From Erysipelothrix larvae (GTDB lineage: Bacteria > Bacillota_I > Bacilli_A > Erysipelotrichales > Erysipelotrichaceae): a stretch of 32,000 nucleotides of DNA. The translations under genes and the position numbers were made by a program. Each line of letters opens with the position of its first letter. The first letter of the stretch is position 1. Below are positions 24,970 to 32,000 of this stretch, piece by piece. The notes under the pieces were generated by a model that saw only the letters and a list, made by a program, of their open reading frames with translations, ran no database searches and was not told the DNA's origin. Where the stretch lies: positions 2,370,001-2,402,000 of the forward strand of contig NZ_CP013213.1 in NCBI RefSeq assembly GCF_001545095.1. The letters are read 5' to 3'.

Positions 24970-25794
24970 TTAGTCAAGATACTCCGTTCTTGGTTTCACA
25001 CCAAAGCCGCATGCTAAATCACGCAGATTTTGATCGGTGATTGTTTGGCGAATTCCGCCTTGTGCTTGAACATAGGTGTAAATTTGTGCTGCCTTCTCTG
25101 CCGTTTCAATAAGACCAAACACTTCATCCATGGTGTTCCCTGCACCATAAACCCCATGTTGTGGCCACATTACAAGTCGTGTTTCTTTCATTTTTGCTGC
25201 GGTTGCTTCACCTATTTCAGTAGTTCCTGGAACCATCCATGGAATAATGGATACGCCTTCCGGGAAGACTACTAAGCATTCTGTACACATTTGCCACAAA
25301 GTACGAGTAAACAAACGTTCGTCAAGTTCATGCGTAAAAGTCATTGCAAGTAAATGACTTGCATGGTTATGCATAATGACGCGATTTTCTGGATCAATGG
25401 ATAAACGTGCGATATGACTCATAAAGTGACTTGGTAGTTCACTTGTCGGATTAGCATCATTGAGAAGCCCCCATAAAAGCTCCAGTGTTTTCCCATCACT
25501 TCCAACCCGTACAATCCCTAAATTGGCTTCAGGATCATCCGCAACATTTTTAAAATATTTTCCTGACCCTGTTACAATGAATATTTTCCCAACAAGTTCG
25601 CTTGCATCAAAAATCATTGGAATTTGTCTTAGTACTGTATTTACATCTAAATAATGCGAAATTTCTTCTTCTAACAAGAGGTATGAAATATTCCCGCCAT
25701 TACGTTCATCCCAACCTAAGCGATACAAATTGGAAGTTGTGGCTACCATTTCTTTTACAAATTGAGCATTTAGTATATTTTCTTTTGTCATCAT
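24970..25794 (-). CDS. rhaD: Rhamnulose-1-phosphate aldolase
   Basis: 274 aa, the same length as E. coli RhaD and colinear with it: [64 protein letters not shown] and ETAEKAAQ. Confidence 0.93.
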   Translation of the reverse strand: MMTKENILNAQFVKEMVATTSNLYRLGWDERNGGNISYLLLEEEISHYLDVNTVLRQIPMIFDASELVGKIFIVTGSGKYFKNVADDPEANLGIVRVGSDGKTLELLWGLLNDANPTSELPSHFMSHIARLSIDPENRVIMHNHASHLLAMTFTHELDERLFTRTLWQMCTECLVVFPEGVSIIPWMVPGTTEIGEATAAKMKETRLVMWPQHGVYGAGNTMDEVFGLIETAEKAAQIYTYVQAQGGIRQTITDQNLRDLACGFGVKPRTEYLD

Positions 25795-25808
25795 TAATCT
25801 CCTTGCCT

Positions 25809-27056
25809 TTATCGTTTCAACAACACGTTTGTTTCATAATCTTGTACTTCTTTGAGCCAATCTAGCCCCACAGAAACACCTTGAATTTCACAATAGTAGT
25901 TCCACACATCAGCATATGGGAAATCTTTGAGTTCTTCTGTAAGTGCCAGACGTGTTGTGAAGTCTCCATTAAGTTCTGCACATTTCAACGTGTCAATTGG
26001 TTCTAACATCGCTTTAAGAACTGCTTTAATAGTATTACGCGTACCAATCACCCACGCTGCAACACGATTAATGGTTGCATCAAAGAAGTCAAGTCCGATA
26101 TGTGTTTTATCCAATAGGTTATTTCTCACGAGTTCTTTCCCAATTTCTTGAAGTTCATCATCCATAATTACAACATGATCTGAATCCCAACGGACTGGAC
26201 GGGACACATGGAGTAAGATGCCCTCACTAAAGAGTCCAATTGATGATAACTTGTTTGAGATGACTTCAGTTGGGTGGAAATGTCCTGCATCCAAACATAC
26301 GAGCTTATTTCGTGTTAATCCATATCCCATGTAGAATTCATGAGAACCCACAGTATACGCTTCAGCACCAATTCCAAAGAGTTTGCTTTCAACTGCATCC
26401 AATGTATAGCGTTTATCCAATGGTTCCGCAAACACTTCATCCAACGCTTCCATGAGTCGTTTACGTGGAGAAAGGCGGTCGATCGGATTATCTTTATAGC
26501 CATCAGGCACCCAGAAATTATTAATACTTACTTGACCCAATTCTTTTCCAAAGTACTCCGCAATTTTTCGAGAACGCTTTCCATGTTCAATCCAGAAATC
26601 ACGAACTTCAGGGTCACTTGATGCTAGGGTGAATCCATCTTTATACATAGGGTGTGAGAAGAATGTTGGGTTGAAGTCTAATCCTAATCCTTGTTCTTTC
26701 GCCCATTTTACCCACGTCTCATAATGTCTTGGTTCAATTTCATTGAGATCAACCGTCTCATCTGTATCTAAATAGATTGCGTGAAGATTAAGCTTGTGAT
26801 TTCCTGGTATATACGATAACGCTTTTTCTAAGTCTTGACGCAATTCATTAGGATTTGTCGCTTTACCAGGATGATTTCCTGTGACACTGATACCTCCAGA
26901 TAATGCATCATCACTTAAAAACCCTTGCACATCATCCCCTTGCCATACATGCATGGATACCTTTACTTTCTTTAACTCCTCTAGTACTGCATCTGTATCA
27001 ACGCCAATCTGTGCATATTTTTCTTTTGCAGCTAAATATCGTTCTTTTTTATTCAT
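25809..27056 (-). CDS. rhaA: L-rhamnose isomerase
   Basis: 415 aa, colinear with E. coli RhaA: [80 protein letters not shown] and [21 protein letters not shown]. Confidence 0.96.
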   Translation of the reverse strand: MNKKERYLAAKEKYAQIGVDTDAVLEELKKVKVSMHVWQGDDVQGFLSDDALSGGISVTGNHPGKATNPNELRQDLEKALSYIPGNHKLNLHAIYLDTDETVDLNEIEPRHYETWVKWAKEQGLGLDFNPTFFSHPMYKDGFTLASSDPEVRDFWIEHGKRSRKIAEYFGKELGQVSINNFWVPDGYKDNPIDRLSPRKRLMEALDEVFAEPLDKRYTLDAVESKLFGIGAEAYTVGSHEFYMGYGLTRNKLVCLDAGHFHPTEVISNKLSSIGLFSEGILLHVSRPVRWDSDHVVIMDDELQEIGKELVRNNLLDKTHIGLDFFDATINRVAAWVIGTRNTIKAVLKAMLEPIDTLKCAELNGDFTTRLALTEELKDFPYADVWNYYCEIQGVSVGLDWLKEVQDYETNVLLKR

Positions 27057-28528
27057 ATCGTTTCCCTCTTTCTATTTTCGCGGTGGATTATTCGCGTGTA
27101 ATCATCAAATATTTTCGAATTAAATTTTGACGGTTTGTACACACGTGTTTCAAAGGACTGTTTAATACGCTCTCTAGCTTCTTTGATATCATTAAATTCA
27201 CCCATCGTAATCATTTGTATCACGATATTCCCTATTGCTGTTGCTTCACTTGGCCCCGCCTCAACAATCACATTCGCAACATCTGCTGTGAGTTGATTTA
27301 GAAACTCATTATTTGCACCTCCACCGACGATGTGTAATTTCTTAATATTGCCATGTGTCTTACTAAGCTTCTCGAGTTTTGTTAATTCATACGCATAACA
27401 TAGCGCTAAACTATCATAAACACAGCGTACAATTTCATGTGGACTTTTAGGAATCACTTGATTAGTCTCTTCACAATAGTTTTGTAAGGCTTCAATCATA
27501 TTATGCGGATTCAGAAACCGTTCATCATTCACATCAATAAACTGTTGAAATGCAGGGCTTTGTGATGCCATTGATGCAAGTTGTGGATAACTGTACTCAT
27601 AATCTTGCATCCGTGCTACTTCTTGAATCAACCACATTCCCATGATGTTTTTAAGAAACCGAATTGTATTGCACGCACCCCATTCATTTGTATAGTTTGC
27701 ATGGTATGCATCGTATGTTAAGTTTGCTTCCTGTGTCTCTATCCCTAATAAGGACCACGTTCCACTGCTAATATATGCCCAATCACCTTCACACCCTGGA
27801 GTTCCTAAAACCGCGGATGCGGTGTCATGACTTGCAACATTAATGAGGGTTACCTCAGGAAGATCAACGTCTTTGAATGCTTCTTGATTTAAGGTCCCTA
27901 AGATTGATCCTGGCTCGACCAATGGTGCAAACAAGTCTTTTGATATCCCTAGTTCCTCTAAGAGCTTATCATCCCAATCTTGTGTTTTTGAATTCAACAA
28001 TTGCATCGTCGATGCATTTGTTCTCTCAGTCACTTTAACACCCGTAAATACAAACCCTAGATAATCTGGTATCAAAAGTAATGTACTCGCTTTGTCGAGC
28101 CTATCTCTACCTTCTACCGATAATTGAAACACTGTATTAAAGGGTTGTATTTGTATTCCCGTTATCTCATAGAGATGTTTCAATGACATTCTTTTTGAAA
28201 ACTGTGCAATCGCATTATCTGTTCTTTCATCTCTATATGAAATTGGTTGGTCAAGAAGCGTATCATCCTTATCTAAAAGGCAATAATCAACACCCCATGT
28301 ATCAATTCCCATTGTGCATTCATTGATACCACGTTGTTTAAGAACACAAAGTCCATTCAATATCTCACGAACGAGATAGTCAACATTCCATCGATCATGA
28401 CCATCACTGAAAGTGAATTCATTTTTAAACCGATGAATTTCTTCCATGCGTATTGTTCCATCAACACATTCACTTTTTACTAGGCGGCCGCTTGACGCAC
28501 CAATGTCAACTGCAATATATGTCTTCAC
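27053..28528 (-). CDS. rhaB: Rhamnulokinase (FGGY carbohydrate kinase)
   Basis: 491 aa with [27 protein letters not shown] and [21 protein letters not shown] start at 28526-28528 with SD AGGAG 7 nt upstream. 4-nt overlap with rhaA. Confidence 0.9.
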   Translation of the reverse strand: MKTYIAVDIGASSGRLVKSECVDGTIRMEEIHRFKNEFTFSDGHDRWNVDYLVREILNGLCVLKQRGINECTMGIDTWGVDYCLLDKDDTLLDQPISYRDERTDNAIAQFSKRMSLKHLYEITGIQIQPFNTVFQLSVEGRDRLDKASTLLLIPDYLGFVFTGVKVTERTNASTMQLLNSKTQDWDDKLLEELGISKDLFAPLVEPGSILGTLNQEAFKDVDLPEVTLINVASHDTASAVLGTPGCEGDWAYISSGTWSLLGIETQEANLTYDAYHANYTNEWGACNTIRFLKNIMGMWLIQEVARMQDYEYSYPQLASMASQSPAFQQFIDVNDERFLNPHNMIEALQNYCEETNQVIPKSPHEIVRCVYDSLALCYAYELTKLEKLSKTHGNIKKLHIVGGGANNEFLNQLTADVANVIVEAGPSEATAIGNIVIQMITMGEFNDIKEARERIKQSFETRVYKPSKFNSKIFDDYTRIIHRENRKRETI

Positions 28529-28582
28529 ACCATCACTCCTTTCACATTGTTGTTATTTCCTACACCTTAATATTAATTGATA

Positions 28583-28596
28583 TGTTACCGTTTTCC
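28583..28596. promoter_or_regulatory. Candidate cre in the rhaB / AraC-regulator divergent intergenic region
   Basis: Plus-sense TGTTACCGTTTTCC (minus-sense GGAAAACGGTAACA) matches TGWNANCGNTNWCA at 13 of 14 positions in either orientation. Confidence 0.3.
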
Positions 28597-28652
28597 ATTA
28601 AAGAATTTTGGTGTATAATTGCACTATCTTGGTAAGATAAAAGGAGGCTTGT

Positions 28653-29522
28653 ATGAACTATTGGGAAAATGCAAATCATGCTTGGACAAAGGATTCAAAA
28701 AGGGTGATTAATACACCCTCAAATAAAACAAAATCACTGTTTAATTACATCCAGGAAATTGGTCACTTCAAAGCTTATCAACCTTACTATACTGAACGCG
28801 CAAATCTTCCTTCCTATTTGATGAAATTAACACTTAGTGGAACTGGGCATTTAAACTATAAAGGTCAAGACTACATCTTGGATCAAGGCGATATTTTCTT
28901 CATAGATTGTCAGCACTATCAGCATTACAAAACAATCAGTGATATCCCATGGGAAATGGACTGGATTCATGTGTATGGCGGAATTACCTCTCAACTTTAT
29001 GAAGAATACAATAAGGATGGCAACCCTGTATTTCATACCAACGCGCTCCCTGAAGAAAATACAATTCATCATTTAGTTCAAACACTGATAAAAGATCAAA
29101 GTAAAGCAAATGCTCGCACCGACTTTCACTCATCAGTGAAAATACACGAGCTCCTAAACGAGCTCATCATTCAAAAGTATCACTTGGATTTTAGTATTGA
29201 TGATATCCCACAATATATCCTTGAACTCAAAGAGTATTTAGATTCTCATTTCCATAATGTGATCACACTAAACGATTTGGAACACTTATTTCACTTAAAT
29301 AAGTATCAAATAAACAAAGACTTTTCAAAGTATATTGGACTGCCTCCAATTGATTATCTGATTACTAAGAAAGTCTCACATGCTAAAGATCTCTTGCGCT
29401 ACACTGATCTATCAATTCAAGAAATATCATTAAACATCGGCATCGATAACTTTGCGTATTTTAGTCGATTATTTAAGAACAAAACTGGCATGACACCATC
29501 TTTCTTTAGAAAAGAGGGCTAG
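28653..29522 (+). CDS. AraC-family transcriptional regulator, divergent from rhaBAD-fucO (probable rhamnose-responsive activator)
   Basis: 289 aa with an N-terminal cupin (GDIFFIDCQHYQHYKT). The C-terminal AraC HTH pair is ITLNDLEHLFHLNKYQINKDFSKYIG...IQEISLNIGIDNFAYFSRLFKNKTGMTPSFFRK. SD AAGGAGG is present. Confidence 0.8.
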   Translation: MNYWENANHAWTKDSKRVINTPSNKTKSLFNYIQEIGHFKAYQPYYTERANLPSYLMKLTLSGTGHLNYKGQDYILDQGDIFFIDCQHYQHYKTISDIPWEMDWIHVYGGITSQLYEEYNKDGNPVFHTNALPEENTIHHLVQTLIKDQSKANARTDFHSSVKIHELLNELIIQKYHLDFSIDDIPQYILELKEYLDSHFHNVITLNDLEHLFHLNKYQINKDFSKYIGLPPIDYLITKKVSHAKDLLRYTDLSIQEISLNIGIDNFAYFSRLFKNKTGMTPSFFRKEG

Positions 29523-29550
29523 TTTATTACGTTTTAGTATTTCATCACAC

Positions 29551-29593
29551 AAAAAGGTGCAGTCAACAGTTATTTGCGACTACACCTTTTTTT
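29551..29593. terminator. Bidirectional terminator between the convergent AraC gene and anti-sigma gene
   Basis: AAGGTGCAGTC (29554-29564) pairs with GACTACACCTT (29578-29588): an 11-bp stem with one mismatch, an A5 run before and a T7 run after. Confidence 0.7.
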
Positions 29594-29678
29594 GATTTAT
29601 TCACTGAATGATCTAAAACTGTATTAAGACTAGATGATTTCTAACTTCCTAGTAGGAGTCCACCTTACATAACCGTCA

Positions 29679-31028
29679 TCATTTCTTACTGATCGTATAG
29701 ATTGTTTGGGTATCTGACCCCGGCGTTTTAACTGTTAATGTGATGCGATGATAATCACCAGTAAGTAAGAGTTCTTGAGGATCTTGACTAATTTCTTTAT
29801 ATGAATAGTTGTCTGACAGATCACTTGTTACAAAGAGCTCTTTCACACCATCTTTTGTATTTACTCGCATGACTGCAATCATGCTCCTAGTAGAACTAAT
29901 GCGATTGTAAGCTTCCGTCGTATTATTCCCAGTATAGGTATCATTTGTTTCTAAATTAATGACTTGATATTGTCCCCCATTTTCTGCACCATTCCCTAAA
30001 TCTTGACCAAATATAATCGAGTCAGAAATGAGTTTATAGTTTCGTGAGGCACAACCAGAACGTTCGATAATAGACCCGTCAGGTTTGACCACAACAAACT
30101 TAAGTGGCGCACTGTTATTGCACGTACTTGTGTTTTTCGTATCAAGTTTACTCAACATAAATGTGTTGTTGTAGACACTGATGTTTGTAAAGTAATCCGT
30201 TGCGATTAATTCAACATCGAGTACCTTAACTTCTTTAGTATCCAGGTTTACAATTTCCCATTTTGGATCGGTGTTCATATCTCTTAAATACATAAAATAC
30301 ACAGTTCCATTTGATACAAAGAATTGATGGAAAGCAGATGTTTTCTTTCCTTCCAACAGCATTGTTCGATTATTTCCTGATATAGCATAAACATTTTGTG
30401 CGACATCATAGTAGTTCTCACGATCGATTTCAGTATCATAATTATCAATCACATATAAAACTCCGTCCACAACAACAATTGGAGTTCTCGAATATACCTC
30501 ATCATGGTATGTATAGATCTTTTTCATGCCTTGATTTGTTGATTCCCAGATGGCCTTAATTCTTTCGTCCATTCCAACAAAGTCTGGATCATACTCAATG
30601 TAATAGCGATCATTCTCAGAGTTATCCACATACTTCATTTGAGTTAATCCATCACCAGGATTTTGTTTTGACACTTCAGATTTTGTGACTTGAATATTTT
30701 CGATATTATTCAATACAAACTCAATTGAAATGAGTTCATCTTCATATACTTCAGTCTTAACTTCTTCAAAAATATCATTAAATATCAGTGGTTTAGAGAC
30801 TGTCTTTAAGATATCATTTTGTAAGACAAACGCCTGTGCTGTAACACTTGTATTTATCACGATAACATACAGTGCAAATGATGCCATAACAGTTGAGAGT
30901 GATCCAAATACACGTTTTCTTCTTTTTTTGCGTTGCATGGTTTCAATAGCACCATCGATAAGAGCATCAATATTTCGATTTGATTTTTCATCAAGCATTT
31001 TTGTATACCCTTCTATGTTTTTATTCAT
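29679..31028 (-). CDS. Membrane protein, putative anti-sigma factor with large extracytoplasmic domain
   Basis: 449 aa. It has a ~40-aa cytoplasmic N-terminus ending KKRRKR, a single TM (FGSLSTVMASFALYVIVINTSV) and ~380 aa outside with repeated beta-strand-like YY/VY blocks. The start overlaps the sigma-factor stop by 8 nt. Confidence 0.5.
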   Translation of the reverse strand: MNKNIEGYTKMLDEKSNRNIDALIDGAIETMQRKKRRKRVFGSLSTVMASFALYVIVINTSVTAQAFVLQNDILKTVSKPLIFNDIFEEVKTEVYEDELISIEFVLNNIENIQVTKSEVSKQNPGDGLTQMKYVDNSENDRYYIEYDPDFVGMDERIKAIWESTNQGMKKIYTYHDEVYSRTPIVVVDGVLYVIDNYDTEIDRENYYDVAQNVYAISGNNRTMLLEGKKTSAFHQFFVSNGTVYFMYLRDMNTDPKWEIVNLDTKEVKVLDVELIATDYFTNISVYNNTFMLSKLDTKNTSTCNNSAPLKFVVVKPDGSIIERSGCASRNYKLISDSIIFGQDLGNGAENGGQYQVINLETNDTYTGNNTTEAYNRISSTRSMIAVMRVNTKDGVKELFVTSDLSDNYSYKEISQDPQELLLTGDYHRITLTVKTPGSDTQTIYTISKK

Positions 31029-31506
31029 ACAGATCGTGCATCTCCTTTCGTAAAATATCCAGTGCCCTATAATAGTCCGTTTTCACCGTGTTTTCTTTCA
31101 ACCCTAAAACACGTGCAATCATCGCAAACGTATAATCATTCAATGTCTTCAACGTCACAATTTCGCGTTGAGGTGATTTCAATTGATTAATATATTCATA
31201 AACAAAAGTGAAATCCTCTGGTTCTGAAACAGCTATTCTATCTTCTTCCAATTCATAGACTGGCTTATGCTTCATTAATTCTGTTTTGCATTCATTAATC
31301 AAGATCCGAATTATCCATGTTTTGAGATATTCGGGTTTCCTCACCTTTTTACGATATTTATAAACGCGATAGATGGTTTCACTGATGACATCATCAACAG
31401 TTGCATCATCTTGTATATACGAGTATGCGATTTTCAGCAATTCACTTGATATTGATTTCAAGTATTCAGCCAATGCATCATCGTTTTTTAATACCCTTCG
31501 GTCCAT
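31021..31506 (-). CDS. ECF-type RNA polymerase sigma-70 family factor
   Basis: 161 aa. Region 2 is DDVISETIYRVYKYRKKVRKPEYLKTWIIRILINECKT. Region 4 is SPQREIVTLKTLNDYTFAMIARVLGLKENTVKTDYYRALDILRK. Confidence 0.8.
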   Translation of the reverse strand: MDRRVLKNDDALAEYLKSISSELLKIAYSYIQDDATVDDVISETIYRVYKYRKKVRKPEYLKTWIIRILINECKTELMKHKPVYELEEDRIAVSEPEDFTFVYEYINQLKSPQREIVTLKTLNDYTFAMIARVLGLKENTVKTDYYRALDILRKEMHDLYE

Positions 31507-31636
31507 AGTCTCTGTCGTACGATATACTTGAACGTTAGTCCTTCAATCATACATCCCCTTTCACATATTAGAATGGCTTGACAGGGCGAATAGTTTCAAC
31601 ATTCGTAATTATTCTCTAGATCATCCCATTACATTA

Positions 31637-31676
31637 AAAAATGTGCCCTCTTTGATATCAGTGTAGCACATTTTTA
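31637..31676. terminator. Hairpin with flanking A/T runs (possible bidirectional terminator)
   Basis: AAATGTGC (31640-31647) pairs with GCACATTT (31667-31674): an 8-bp stem with a 19-nt loop, an A-run before and a T-run after. It separates the 62-aa ORF from the sigma operon. Confidence 0.4.
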
Positions 31677-31764
31677 AAGTCCATATTTTTTTGGTTTGGT
31701 TCAAATACGCATCATTGGTTCAATTCAGTGAAATTCATTTACCATGACACGCAATTTGAATCTC

Positions 31765-31953
31765 TTATGGGTTTCTACTTACATGATCAAGTTCAATCAC
31801 ACGTTGACTCGCAATTGCTTTATCACCCATGGGATTTGCTATCGAAATTTCTTCAAACACAACAACATCATAGCTACTGTAATAAAACGCGTCAATGAGT
31901 GTTCGATTTTGAGTTATTGACCCTTGTGAATCAATACGCTTTTGTATGACCAT
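31765..31953 (-). CDS. Hypothetical small protein (62 aa)
   Basis: ATG at 31951-31953 with SD GAGGGGG ~8 nt upstream. No recognisable motif. Confidence 0.35.
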   Translation of the reverse strand: MVIQKRIDSQGSITQNRTLIDAFYYSSYDVVVFEEISIANPMGDKAIASQRVIELDHVSRNP

Positions 31954-32000
31954 GATATACGCCCCCTCTACGGTATAGTGACTGATATTACTTAAGTCCA

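Noticed and set aside
31518-31545. ECF-type autoregulatory promoter (TGAAGG-18 nt-CGTA, minus sense) upstream of the sigma gene
   Set aside because: The motif match is loose and the spacer is off the usual 16-17 nt. It would also leave a leader of only ~5-10 nt. Not reportable without the ECF-group consensus or TSS data.
1-32000. Scan for tRNA, rRNA, CRISPR arrays, riboswitch/T-box leaders, prfB-type frameshift sites and intact IS/prophage elements
   Set aside because: No cloverleaf-like GTTCGAATC-type arms outside coding frames and no regularly spaced direct repeats. No long structured leaders before glyA or upp (both gaps are under 40 bp). The only release factor is prfA (no frameshift). 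The only mobile-element trace is the truncated IS66-like fragment.

Overview
AT-rich Bacillota (Firmicutes)-type chromosomal window with nearly all genes on the minus strand. (1) 1-9.85 kb is a housekeeping block whose order mirrors the Bacillus subtilis rpmE-tdk-prfA-prmC-ywlC-glyA-upp-[atp operon]-ywzB...mbl region. It holds the tilS 5' end, a MazF/PemK-fold fusion protein, mreB and a DUF1146 membrane peptide. A ~1.9-kb accessory/degenerate patch follows (IS66-like transposase fragment, a lipoprotein gene behind a T15 tract, a start-less ORF remnant), sitting where Bacillus carries the atp operon. Then come upp, glyA, tsaC, prmC, prfA, tdk and rpmE. (2) 9.99-11.7 kb is a merR-DUF6273 two-gene operon behind a 19-bp-spacer MerR-type promoter. 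(3) 11.77-29.5 kb is L-rhamnose/rhamnoside utilisation. The core is a rhaB-rhaA-rhaD-fucO operon with a divergent AraC regulator. An 11.85-kb module (GH78 alpha-L-rhamnosidase, NagZ-type GH3, beta-phosphoglucomutase, CUT2-type ABC importer, second AraC regulator) is inserted exactly at the fucO 3' end and bracketed by ~170-bp direct repeats of that 3' end. (4) 29.7-31.5 kb is an ECF-type sigma factor with an overlapping membrane anti-sigma candidate. Best leads: (a) a GH3 with the Asp-His dyad signature, co-operonic with a beta-phosphoglucomutase that has no GH65 partner, suggesting a retaining beta-glucoside phosphorylase -> beta-Glc1P -> Glc6P route coupled to rhamnosidase and rhamnose catabolism; (b) the Campbell-type junction that delimits this module. 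No rRNA, tRNA, CRISPR array or intact mobile element was seen. All alignments, motif matches and repeat counts were done by eye from the sequence and ORF track; no database search or computation was possible.
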